In this document: positions 8,937-17,925 of the stretch, in pieces | Layout of the letters: each line of letters opens with the position of its first letter | How positions within the stretch are numbered: the first letter of the stretch is position 1 | Assembly (NCBI GenBank): GCA_964366415.1 | Contig: CAYITG010000001.1 | Location: forward strand, 387,203 to 451,202 | Direction: 5' to 3' | Length of the DNA stretch: 64,000 nucleotides | From: Candidatus Woesearchaeota archaeon | GTDB taxonomy: Archaea; Nanobdellota; Nanobdellia; SCGC-AAA011-G17; UBA489 | Notes under the pieces: model-generated | Databases searched by the model: none | Seen by the model: the letters and a program-made list of their open reading frames with translations, nothing else | What the model was told of the DNA's origin: nothing | Program-made: the position numbers and the translations under genes

Positions 8937-9947
8937 TTATTTTGCCCCATAGGGGGCGGTAATGAATCCTGTCTTCAAACTTTCTTCGAATGATAATTCA
9001 CCTAAAGCAACAAGCAATTCTTTTACCGTAATGATGGGCTTTGAGAATCGTGGCGTGTCTTCTATTGCTAAACGAGGGCATGCTGTGGTGACAAATACAT
9101 CAACCGTTGAAAAGTTATTTAATTCATTTGGTCTGACTTCTTCTAAGGTAATGATGATTGCTTCTTTATTATGTGCAATAATCTTATTTTTGAGTTGTTC
9201 TGCCATGGTTGTGTTTATTTGACCTGATTTCGTGGAGATGATAATACCGAATGATTGTGCTCGTTTTGCTTGTTCGATGAATGCATCTCGTTGGAGAATA
9301 TATTTGGCACGCTGAGGAGTAAGATCTTGTATTTCTTCTGTTGCTGGATTGATGAGAATGACTGGCTTGTCTGTGGATAACAGTAATCCTAATGCATGAA
9401 AACCATTTGCTATAGTGAGGTATGCATCAACATTCGCTTCGATTGTTTTTGGACCTGTGTACTCACATCCTAAAATTTGACCTTGATGAAAGGCACGGCC
9501 TTTTCCTTCTGGAATACTCACGTTGATTCCTTTTTCTTCTAACGCTTTCTTGATTATTGGAAGTTGTTGAATGTGCTGCACAGATGCTACTAATCCTATT
9601 TTTTTATATTGTGTATATGCCTTTGTGAAAGCAGTTATGATCTTTGTAATGTCTTTTTCGTAATGTGTTTCAACATATAGAACTGGAATATCAGGATGAT
9701 GGAATGGAGCATGGCCGAAATGCACAATAAGATCAACTCCTAGTCGTTTGGCTTCATCAACAGGCAAATCACATGCTCCCCATGATGGTTCTCCAGAAAC
9801 AAGAATTGTTGCTTGTGTTTTTTCTTGAAGAAGATTCACTAAACGAGGAGCTTCTTTCTTGAGACCTTCAGGTAGCTGCAAGAGTACCCTCTTTGCCTTT
9901 TGTTTCTTTATTTCTTCAATGATTCGTTGTTCTTCTAAGTTGTACAT
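8937..9947 (-). CDS. dph2: Diphthamide biosynthesis enzyme Dph2
   Basis: Length 336 aa and the three-domain Dph2 pattern with conserved Cys residues (GACDLP, GCEYTGP, TACPRLAIED). Confidence 0.7.
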   Translation of the reverse strand: MYNLEEQRIIEEIKKQKAKRVLLQLPEGLKKEAPRLVNLLQEKTQATILVSGEPSWGACDLPVDEAKRLGVDLIVHFGHAPFHHPDIPVLYVETHYEKDITKIITAFTKAYTQYKKIGLVASVQHIQQLPIIKKALEEKGINVSIPEGKGRAFHQGQILGCEYTGPKTIEANVDAYLTIANGFHALGLLLSTDKPVILINPATEEIQDLTPQRAKYILQRDAFIEQAKRAQSFGIIISTKSGQINTTMAEQLKNKIIAHNKEAIIITLEEVRPNELNNFSTVDVFVTTACPRLAIEDTPRFSKPIITVKELLVALGELSFEESLKTGFITAPYGAK

Positions 9948-10023
9948 TGAGTATATACTGGAGAATATATGTTTTTAAGACTTTTCATAAGCTTTAAATA
10001 ACGGCTCTTTATGAAGAGTATCT

Positions 10024-11559
10024 ATGAGTTCTAAAGAAAAAGACAAAGGTGCTTTTCTTGAGGAGTTGATTGCTTTTATACAAAATAAAGGATTTGTTTG
10101 GGGACCTTTCCCTGAGATTTATGGAGGATTCTCTGGATTTTATGCGTATGGTCCTTTAGGAAAATTGCTTAAGAACAAAGTCGAAAATAGTGTTCGAAGA
10201 GTGTTCCAAAAATATGGATTTTGGGAATTGGAATGTCCTATTGTTTTACCCAATATTGTCTGGAAAGCATCAGGTCATTTAGACACCTTTGTTGACCGTG
10301 CCATTTCATGTTCGAAATGTAAGGGGATGTTTAGAGCTGATAAACTCATTGAAGAACAGTTTGATGTTGCTGCCGATAGTTTTTCTGATCAACAATTATT
10401 GAACTTTATTCAAGAAAAGAGAATTCGATGTCCTAGCTGCAAAGGGGAATTCACCTATGATATTGTCAAAGAGAATCTGATGATGCAAACCCGAGTTGGT
10501 GGCGTTGATGCGAGCTTACGTCCTGAAACTGCAACTGTTACTTACTTGCCTTTCAAGCGTTATTATGAATTCTTTAGAAAAAAACTCCCTATTGGAGTGT
10601 TTCAGATTGGAAAAGCATTCAGAAATGAGATTAGTCCACGACAACATATGACTCGCAGCAGAGAATTCACACAGGCTGAAGGGCAGCTCTTTGTTGATCC
10701 CAAAGAAAAAGGGAATTGGGAACGTTTTGATGATGTTAAGAAAGACAGATTACCATTATGGACGTGGCAAGATCAAAAAGCAGAGAAACAACCAATTATG
10801 ATGACGCTTGATGATGCGTTGAAAAAGAAGTTTATGAAACAGAGTTCATATGCTTGGTGTGTATGGCTAGCTTATCAACAATTTGTTGGTATGGGCATTC
10901 CTGTGGAGAAGATTCGCATTAGACAACATCATCCTGATGAACGCGCATTTTATGCTGATGACGCATGGGATATTGAAGTACAGACGAATAGCTTCGGATG
11001 GATGGAGATGTGCGGCGTTCATGACAGAACAGACTATGACTTAGTACAACATGAAAAATTCTCCAAACAGAATTTACAAGCAACGCGAGAAGATGGCAGC
11101 AAAGTGCATCCTCATGTCTTAGAGATTGCTTTTGGTATCGATAGGCCCGTTTTTGCACTTTTAGACTTATTTTATTCGAAGATTGAGAAAGGTGAAGGAA
11201 AGACGATCTTTAAAGTTCCTTATCACCTTGCTCCTGTTGACGTTGCCATCTTCCCTTTGATGAAAAAAGAAGGCATGCCTGAATTAGCACAGCAGATAAA
11301 AGAGAAGTTTGAGCATGTTTTTGTTGTTGAGTATGATGATGGCGGTTCTATTGGACGACGATACTTGCGGGCTGCTGAGGGTGGAACTCCTTATTGCTTG
11401 ACAGTCGATTATGATTCTTTAAAGAACAAAGATATCACTATTCGTGATCGCGACTCTGAACAACAAATTCGTGTGAAGATTGATGCTTTAGAACAGACAT
11501 TACATAAACTTTTGAATAAAGAACTTCGTTTTGAGAAAGCTGGGACATTGATTAAATAA
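10024..11559 (+). CDS. glyS: Glycyl-tRNA synthetase (archaeal/eukaryotic class II type)
   Basis: Class II motifs (FRNEISPRQHMTRSREFTQAEGQLF), an archaeal GlyRS insertion with Cys pairs, and a C-terminal anticodon-binding domain. Confidence 0.9.
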   Translation: MSSKEKDKGAFLEELIAFIQNKGFVWGPFPEIYGGFSGFYAYGPLGKLLKNKVENSVRRVFQKYGFWELECPIVLPNIVWKASGHLDTFVDRAISCSKCKGMFRADKLIEEQFDVAADSFSDQQLLNFIQEKRIRCPSCKGEFTYDIVKENLMMQTRVGGVDASLRPETATVTYLPFKRYYEFFRKKLPIGVFQIGKAFRNEISPRQHMTRSREFTQAEGQLFVDPKEKGNWERFDDVKKDRLPLWTWQDQKAEKQPIMMTLDDALKKKFMKQSSYAWCVWLAYQQFVGMGIPVEKIRIRQHHPDERAFYADDAWDIEVQTNSFGWMEMCGVHDRTDYDLVQHEKFSKQNLQATREDGSKVHPHVLEIAFGIDRPVFALLDLFYSKIEKGEGKTIFKVPYHLAPVDVAIFPLMKKEGMPELAQQIKEKFEHVFVVEYDDGGSIGRRYLRAAEGGTPYCLTVDYDSLKNKDITIRDRDSEQQIRVKIDALEQTLHKLLNKELRFEKAGTLIK

Positions 11560-11919
11560 TTATTTTGTTTCAGATCTTATCCAAGCTTCGTACTTCTCGT
11601 TAGCTTCTACTTCTATTCGCATAATGCATGGAGTTTCATATGGATGCAATTTTTCAATTTCTTCTTTTACCTTTGACCAGTTTTCTTTTCTTGTTTTGAG
11701 AAGAGAGACTATTTCGTTAGTATTCTCAATTTTACCTTTCCACCAAAATGCACTAGAGATAGGGAAGAAATTTGCGCAGGCGATAAGTTTCTTTTCAAGA
11801 AGTTTTGAGGCTATTGTTTTTGCTTTTTCAGTGCTCTCGTGCGTTACATAGATAATAATAAATGACATATTAGTCGAGATCTTTGTCAATTTAAATAGTT
11901 TATTGAGCTTATTTTTCAC
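11560..11919 (-). CDS. cutA: Divalent-cation tolerance protein CutA
   Basis: CutA1 motifs ACANFFPISSAFWWKGKIE and HPYETPCI. Confidence 0.75.
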   Translation of the reverse strand: MKNKLNKLFKLTKISTNMSFIIIYVTHESTEKAKTIASKLLEKKLIACANFFPISSAFWWKGKIENTNEIVSLLKTRKENWSKVKEEIEKLHPYETPCIMRIEVEANEKYEAWIRSETK

Positions 11920-11962
11920 AAGTGGTAGATTTTTAAATGGATCAAGAAGACTATAATCACAG

Positions 11963-12036
11963 GGGCCGGTAGTTCAGTTCGGTAGAACGCGTGCATGGCA
12001 TGTACGAGGCCATGGGTTCAAATCCCGTCCGGTCCA
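11963..12036 (+). tRNA. tRNA-Ala (anticodon GGC)
   Basis: Cloverleaf with the G3:U70 alanine identity pair, anticodon loop ATGGCAT and T-arm ATGGGTTCAAATCCCGT. Confidence 0.75.
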
Positions 12037-12044
12037 CTTTTTTT

Positions 12045-12149
12045 GGGCCAGTAGTAGAACGGTTAATACGCCGCCTTCGCAAGGCGGAGACTTCGGGAAA
12101 TCTTTAACGGAGACGTTAAGATTCGAGAATTCAATTCCCGACTGGTCCA
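12045..12149 (+). tRNA. tRNA-Ala (anticodon CGC) with a 32-nt intron in the T-arm
   Basis: Acceptor GGGCCAG/CTGGTCC carries G3:U70; the anticodon arm CCGCC-TTCGCAA-GGCGG is perfect. T-stem 5' TCGGG and the 3' part TTCAATT-CCCGA are separated by 32 nt (about 12098-12129) containing the hairpin TTAACG-GAGA-CGTTAA. Confidence 0.6.
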
Positions 12150-12150
12150 T

Positions 12151-12687
12151 TTATTTTAGCAACGCAATGTTCTTTTTCTGCACACATAATCTGAAATATT
12201 CTGATTGCTGAAAATCTCCAGGACTAATTTGAGTTGCGTGATAATCTTTGTATATTGGTAGTCCTGCAACATTGTATGATTCAGCAACCAATTCTGAGCA
12301 AATATACTTGTTTTTCGTACCTATTTCACGAGCATTTCCTCGAATGCCAAAGAGGAAATAAAAGAATAACTGAATGATCTGAAAGAGATCGTACTCTTTT
12401 CCCACTTCTTTTTTGGCATGATCAACAATCTTCTTTTGCTGTTTGCGTGATGTTCTTGTATGACGATAGATTTCAAAGTTTTTATCTTTATACTCTTCCA
12501 AGGATTTTATTTCCACACCTTCATTATTTGCTTCAATGTACTTGCCTTTTCCGATATACATTGTGGCGTGATTCCAATGTGAATCTGTTACTATACGAAT
12601 GATTCTACTGATGAGATGTTTACCATGCACGACAAACACATCTCCTGGTTGCAATTGTTTTTTTAATTGCCGAATATCATACATCAT
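12151..12687 (-). CDS. Permuted papain-like (NlpC/P60 superfamily, YiiX-like) hydrolase
   Basis: A His motif (SHWNHATMYIG) precedes the Cys motif (YICSELVAESY), the permuted order seen in YiiX/YaeF-like peptidases. Confidence 0.4.
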   Translation of the reverse strand: MMYDIRQLKKQLQPGDVFVVHGKHLISRIIRIVTDSHWNHATMYIGKGKYIEANNEGVEIKSLEEYKDKNFEIYRHTRTSRKQQKKIVDHAKKEVGKEYDLFQIIQLFFYFLFGIRGNAREIGTKNKYICSELVAESYNVAGLPIYKDYHATQISPGDFQQSEYFRLCVQKKNIALLK

Positions 12688-13149
12688 GAGACATCTGCAT
12701 CTCTTTGTGCTCTTATTTTGGGGGCCACATTCTTATTAAAATATAGAAAAATAGGATTAAGACGAGAATAATTTGCCAATTTTCTCTTAACCAACTTACC
12801 AGTTTTTGTAGTGCTCTCATTTTTTACTTCCTTATTCTTCTCCTCATCCAACCTATAAATGAAAGGATTGCTATGATAAATACCAATTCTAATATAAGAA
12901 TGTTGTGTATACTTGTCCCCACTTGCCAAAGATTATAATACATACCTGCCGCCGCTGCGAGCACTGTTACTAGAGCAATAACTGCAGTTGAGATAACATT
13001 AACATGTTCAGCATCCATGTTGCCATTGCATACTCATCCCTTTAAGTTTCTTCATTTTGAGAAGCCGTGTTTCTTTTGGAATATTTAGACTTTATACTAA
13101 AAGTTCATATTTATTTTTGTATTATCTTTGCAATTCTGAAAATATTTTT

Positions 13150-13704
13150 CTACATTAAAGCACGCGCAATAAGACCGATGATCAAAATACCCAGGAAATT
13201 AAAAATGTATGAAGCAACCATAAATGGTTTAAGATCCATTTTTGAGAATCCCATCAGGCCTATGGCTAATTCATCTGGCAAGGGAGAAGCAATGATTAAA
13301 CCGCCTACGATAAAAGGCAACCATTTGAAATGAGCCTTAAATGCATGTTTTATTTTTTCTTTCTTTCCTTTTTTCTTTGTTAATTCCACCATATGATCGG
13401 ACAATCTGTCTCGGAAGAAGAGGAATATAAGAGTATCAACCATCACTGCCCCTAAAGCTCCAATAAGAGCTGTTGCTATCGGTGAGAATGCCTGTGCAAT
13501 TTCTCCTAATGCCATCATGGCTGGAGCTGTTGTAAAGAGAGAAGTAAAAAACATTCCCCCCATAAAACTACCTAGTATTTCCATCTCTTTCGTTGATGTT
13601 AGAGTATATTGCAAAACCTGTGTTTTAAGAAGGATTAATGCAAATGCGATACTCATACCTATAATAAAGAAATCATCGATGAGTTTTCTTATCTCGTTTG
13701 TCAT
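13150..13704 (-). CDS. Hypothetical membrane protein
   Basis: The start is set to the internal Met (MTNEIRKL), because the upstream part of the ORF-track ORF overlaps the HIT gene; multiple transmembrane helices. Confidence 0.4.
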   Translation of the reverse strand: MTNEIRKLIDDFFIIGMSIAFALILLKTQVLQYTLTSTKEMEILGSFMGGMFFTSLFTTAPAMMALGEIAQAFSPIATALIGALGAVMVDTLIFLFFRDRLSDHMVELTKKKGKKEKIKHAFKAHFKWLPFIVGGLIIASPLPDELAIGLMGFSKMDLKPFMVASYIFNFLGILIIGLIARALM

Positions 13705-13896
13705 TCTCTTTTCCTTGTTTAGGATTATGATCAAATTTATAAATTCTTGGATAGGAAACCTTAAAAGATATGAATAATCTTGTGTTTGAATGGGAAGGAA
13801 ATCAAAACGACGACGCTTCTTATTTTCGCATAAAAAGCGGATGACCGGTATTAAGGGAAAACAACGCGAAGGACGACGTGGTCGTTTTAAACGACG

Positions 13897-14355
13897 ATGA
13901 ATGATTGTATCTTTTGTAACATCGTACGAGGAGAAGCTCCTTGCCACAAGATATGGGAAGATGACAAACATCTCGCATTTCTTTCTATTTTTCCCAATAC
14001 TGATGGTTTTTCTGTTGTGATTACGAAAGAACATTATTCGAGTTATGCTTTTGACTTGTCTGACGCTGTGTTGAAAGACCTTATTTGCGCAGCTAAAAAA
14101 GTTGGAAAGCTTATTGATAAGAATCTACCTGATGTCGGAAGAACAGGCTTAATTTTTGAAGGATTTGGCGTCGACCATATTCATGCCAAGCTCTTTCCTA
14201 TGCACGGCACAGCAGACATGAAAACATGGAAACCATTGCATTCTCGACAGGACAAATTTTTCACCGTTTATGAAGGGTACATCTCTTCGCATGATTGTTC
14301 TCGCGCTGATGACGCAACACTTGCTGCTTTGGCTAGGAAGATTCGTGGGAATTAA
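13897..14355 (+). CDS. HIT-family nucleotide hydrolase
   Basis: Histidine triad motif VDHIHAKLFP and an N-terminal CIFCNIV. Confidence 0.8.
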   Translation: MNDCIFCNIVRGEAPCHKIWEDDKHLAFLSIFPNTDGFSVVITKEHYSSYAFDLSDAVLKDLICAAKKVGKLIDKNLPDVGRTGLIFEGFGVDHIHAKLFPMHGTADMKTWKPLHSRQDKFFTVYEGYISSHDCSRADDATLAALARKIRGN

Positions 14356-14402
14356 ACGTCTCTTAGAAAATCTTTTATAGGGCCTTAAACTCGATTTCTT
14401 GT

Positions 14403-14477
14403 GCCTTCGTAGCTTAGCCCGGCTAGAGCAATGGTTTCATAAGCCATGGATCGGGTGTTCAAATCACCCCGAAGGCA
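14403..14477 (+). tRNA. tRNA-Met (anticodon CAT, elongator type or Ile2)
   Basis: Acceptor GCCTTCG/CGAAGGC, anticodon loop TTCATAA, T-arm GGGTGTTCAAATCACCC. Confidence 0.8.
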
Positions 14478-14482
14478 TTCTC

Positions 14483-16165
14483 TTAATAGGGAATACCTGG
14501 CAGCGCCAAAAAGCGCAGATGCTGGCTGCGCAACATTCTGATTCTTTTTTTTGTAAAGACTTTGAGCATGTCTGATATTTTTTCTCCGCTTAAAATATGC
14601 GGGATGATAACATAATCTGCTCCTTCCTTGTATAACTCTATGGCTTTCTTTGTTGTATTTGCCGTGGTGATAATCATAATGTTTCTGTCCATTTCTCTAA
14701 ATATTTTTGTGATAAGGGCATTATCTTCGAACTGACTAATTGTTGAAATGATAATCTTTGGTTTGTGTTGCTTTAAGGCATGCAAGATCTCTGGATCTGC
14801 AACATCTCCATAGAGACAAGGAATGTTTTTTCGCACTAAATCCTTGATGACTGTTGGATTGTAATCCACTACCAACACTTTGCTCTTTTTCTTGAGAAGA
14901 TTTTTTAAAATACTATACCCCATGCGATGCTGCCCTAAAAGAATGATCTCATATTTATTTGATTTTTTGTGCAAAGACATTTTTTCTTCGAGAATGCTTT
15001 TTCTTTCAAATATTTTCAGATAAGGGGCGAATATTGAGAAGAGTTTTTCGTTGTATGTAATCATGTAGGTAGAAAACGTAATGGTGATGATCCCTACTGC
15101 AGAAATCATGGACACAATATCTCCTGAAAAATGACCGAGTTCTTTTCCCATGGCTGCTAAGATCAGACTAAACTCGCTTATCTGAGCAACTGTTAATCCG
15201 CAGAGAAAACCTGTTCTGCTCTTGAATCCCATGACTCCCATGATGATCATTAAAATGAGAGGATTACCGATCAAAACGAATAATGAGATGATAATGATGG
15301 CTGGCAGCTGATGCTCTAGGTTTGTGAAGACCAGTGATGATCCCATGATAACAAAAAAGAGAATCATAAAAAAATCACGCAAAGGTTTGACTTTGTTTGA
15401 AATTTCTGTACTATAAGGAATTGAAGCAAGTGTCACTCCTGCAAGGAATGCCCCTATTTCAAGAGTAAATCCAAGAAGCTGCGCGAACATGGCAAGAGCA
15501 AAACACCATGAAATAGCTGAGAGAAAAAGAATTTCCTGTGAACGAGCTGCTCTTTCAAAGAATTTTGTCAAGAAGAGCTTGTTTGCCAAGAATGCTACCA
15601 AACATAGTGCAATAGCAGACAATACTGCTGAGCCAATTCCTGTTGTTAATTTTCCGTTGCTAAAGGTACTTAAAAAAATGAGGAGCAAAATAGCAAGAGC
15701 GTCTTGAATCAAGAGAAATCCCAGAGAGATTTTTCCATATAACGTATCGAGATCATTTTTATCTGAGAGCAATTTAACAATGATGATCGTGCTGCTGAAT
15801 GCAAATGCGATGCCCATATATGCTGATTCTAGAGAACTAAATCCAAAATATTTGATGACAAAATATCCAATGATTGTTGTGAATAAAACCTGACCCATTC
15901 CCGTGTAAAAAGAAACTTTACCTACCTCGCGAAGAATTTTGACGTTCAAACTTAAACCCACGACGAACAATAGAAAAGCAATTCCTATCTTCGAAAAGAT
16001 ATCAAGAATTTCTGAAGTGGTGATAATGTTTAGTACTAATGGCCCGAGAATGACGCCGGTGAAAATATAGGCAACCATGGGCGGCTGCTTGAATAAACGG
16101 AATATAAGAGCAAGAATGGTTGTTGCAATAATGATGATGCCTACTTCAAGAAAAATATACTCCAT
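14483..16165 (-). CDS. CPA2-family cation:proton antiporter with a C-terminal TrkA-N/RCK domain
   Basis: About 12 transmembrane helices followed by a Rossmann-like RCK domain (ILLGQHRMGYSILKNL...VVDYNP). Confidence 0.8.
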   Translation of the reverse strand: MEYIFLEVGIIIIATTILALIFRLFKQPPMVAYIFTGVILGPLVLNIITTSEILDIFSKIGIAFLLFVVGLSLNVKILREVGKVSFYTGMGQVLFTTIIGYFVIKYFGFSSLESAYMGIAFAFSSTIIIVKLLSDKNDLDTLYGKISLGFLLIQDALAILLLIFLSTFSNGKLTTGIGSAVLSAIALCLVAFLANKLFLTKFFERAARSQEILFLSAISWCFALAMFAQLLGFTLEIGAFLAGVTLASIPYSTEISNKVKPLRDFFMILFFVIMGSSLVFTNLEHQLPAIIIISLFVLIGNPLILMIIMGVMGFKSRTGFLCGLTVAQISEFSLILAAMGKELGHFSGDIVSMISAVGIITITFSTYMITYNEKLFSIFAPYLKIFERKSILEEKMSLHKKSNKYEIILLGQHRMGYSILKNLLKKKSKVLVVDYNPTVIKDLVRKNIPCLYGDVADPEILHALKQHKPKIIISTISQFEDNALITKIFREMDRNIMIITTANTTKKAIELYKEGADYVIIPHILSGEKISDMLKVFTKKRIRMLRSQHLRFLALPGIPY

Positions 16166-16219
16166 TTGTCACCTCTATGACGAAGATATGGGTTTGATAA
16201 TTTAAAAGGTTTGTTATTT

Positions 16220-16556
16220 TTACTTTCGCATCAAGGTAATCTCTATTGTGGAGACGCGCACTTGTCTTCCTTCGTCGTTCTTGAACTCTTCGCTGTTGAT
16301 ATTGATGTCTTTTACATTGATTTGATTTTCCAGAAAACGCTTGAGCGCTACTTCTGTGACATCTACTGCTTTGCTGATGAATTTTCCTCTTGCCTTGACC
16401 ACGATTTCAGGTGCTTGTTGGGTTGTGAATTGCATAACGACGCCAGTCACGTACTCTGAGAAAAAAGCTAGAGCTTTATTTTCTATTCATAAACGGCTTG
16501 GCGCCAATAAAAATGGTGTGGTCATCTTTTCTTGTTGTCTCTTGATTCTCTGTCAT
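16220..16556 (-). CDS. albA: DNA/RNA-binding protein Alba, interrupted by a 31-nt insertion (candidate intron)
   Basis: The N-terminal 24 codons (MTENQETTRKDDHTIFIGAKPFMN, GGAGG Shine-Dalgarno upstream) and the C-terminal 77 codons (YVTGVVMQF...GRQVRVSTIEITLMRK) each match Alba but lie in different frames. They are separated by 31 nt that contain a stop codon. Confidence 0.7.
16454..16484 (-). other. Candidate 31-nt intron in the Alba gene, possibly a bulge-helix-bulge type cut by the tRNA splicing endonuclease
   Basis: Deleting AGAAAATAAAGCTCTAGCTTTTTTCTCAGAG joins ...KPFMN to YVTGVV..., reproducing the Alba consensus KPVMNYV exactly. The insert folds as a hairpin (AGAAAA...TTTTCT outer stem, AAAGCT/AGCTTT inner stem). 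Confidence 0.45.
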
Positions 16557-16620
16557 TTTTTCCTCCTTGTCGTAGATAGATCTTACAAGAGGACGATTTA
16601 TTTAAACTTTATGTTCAGAA

Positions 16621-16812
16621 CTAGTATTTCTTTTGTTTGACGAGACGTGTGACGTAGCCAGCGACGATATTACGAAGCTTTTTGTTTGGTTCTACCAAGA
16701 GTTCTTGGACAAGACCTTTATTGTGGTTGAAATCTCCAGAGAAGCGCTCTTTATGCTTTGTATAGAGCTTTCTGCCTGTTCTTTTGATGAGTTGTGTTTT
16801 AATACGCCCCAT
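16621..16812 (-). CDS. rps17e: Ribosomal protein S17e
   Basis: MGRIKTQLIKRTGRKLYTKH N-terminus and a length of 63 aa. Confidence 0.85.
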   Translation of the reverse strand: MGRIKTQLIKRTGRKLYTKHKERFSGDFNHNKGLVQELLVEPNKKLRNIVAGYVTRLVKQKKY

Positions 16813-16837
16813 AGAATGATGGTTTTTAGGGCCCTAT

Positions 16838-17890
16838 TTAAGCTTTTCTTTTAGCTTCTAGAATATAGATTGAACGTTCTATTTTGGAATGTCTTTTTTC
16901 ATATTCTAAAGGTAATTTGATGCTAGGTAAAGGAGAGACTATTTCAAAGCCTGTTTTTTGAAGGATTTCATTGATTGGTAAGGTGAAGGTTTTCATATAG
17001 GTTCTGATTCTTGGTAAAAGAATAACAACTTTTCCTTTGATTTTTGGATGGAGAGCTGTAAAGAAATTTGTGTAGAGAGGAATCAATTCTTTGATTGTTC
17101 GTTGCGCTTCTTGTTCTGAAGGAAGCTTCTTGTAGTATGGACCCATATACGGTTCGGTGACGATTGCTTCTACAGATTGCATTTGAGAAAGTACTTTTGT
17201 TACATCTCCTTGGAGAAACTTTGTCTTGTTTCTGTAGTTCTTACCTAACCATTCAATGTTTTTTCGTGCATCGTCAATGAACAAGTCAATCCCAATGACG
17301 CGATAACCCATGAGCAGAGCTTCTTGTAAGATTGTTCCTGTGCCACAGAATGGATCAGTTATTTCGTTCTTTGCTTCTGACAGGTTGATTAAGATTTTTG
17401 CTAATCTGATAGAGATGACTTTCTTAGGATCGAATGATGGACGTTTTTCATCTCGTTCTCGGTATTCTTTTGGATTGGAGATGGATGTGACTTTGTACAA
17501 GATGTTTCTGAAGACGATGAGATCGAAATCTAAATTCTTTGCCTTTGAAGGAGGAATATCTCGCATTTGAGCGAACTTTTGCAATGCTTTGACGTTTTGT
17601 TCTTTCCAGAATGCTCTTAATTCATCGAGAATGTTCTTGGAATCTATTAATGTTAACGAGAAGGTTATTTTGTTGGATGATGGGATTAATTGCTTTATAG
17701 ATGTTGGTTCTGCTATCTTGATAATGCCGCCTAATTCTTCAACATTAATGGGTTTGTTTGTTGTTATGTGTGCTAATAATTTAGTTTGATTCAATAAGGT
17801 GTATTCGATGTTCTTTCTGTTGCAGTATGCTATTAATTCTAGGAGACTAAGCTTAGGATCACGACCAAGCATACAGAGGTAGGTTTTCAT
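16838..17890 (-). CDS. THUMP-domain tRNA (guanine-N2)-methyltransferase (Trm11/Trm-G10-like)
   Basis: SAM-binding motif DPFCGTGTIL after an N-terminal THUMP-like region; about 350 aa. Confidence 0.6.
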   Translation of the reverse strand: MKTYLCMLGRDPKLSLLELIAYCNRKNIEYTLLNQTKLLAHITTNKPINVEELGGIIKIAEPTSIKQLIPSSNKITFSLTLIDSKNILDELRAFWKEQNVKALQKFAQMRDIPPSKAKNLDFDLIVFRNILYKVTSISNPKEYRERDEKRPSFDPKKVISIRLAKILINLSEAKNEITDPFCGTGTILQEALLMGYRVIGIDLFIDDARKNIEWLGKNYRNKTKFLQGDVTKVLSQMQSVEAIVTEPYMGPYYKKLPSEQEAQRTIKELIPLYTNFFTALHPKIKGKVVILLPRIRTYMKTFTLPINEILQKTGFEIVSPLPSIKLPLEYEKRHSKIERSIYILEAKRKA

Positions 17891-17925
17891 TACTTATATG
17901 ACAAAAATTACCTCTCTTAAACTTA

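Noticed and set aside
12684-13018. Small ORFs (81 and 64 aa, plus a 35-aa hydrophobic peptide at about 12721-12828) downstream of the YiiX-like gene.
   Set aside because: They are mutually overlapping or very short hydrophobic peptides with no conservation signal. One may be a real small membrane protein, but there is no evidence.
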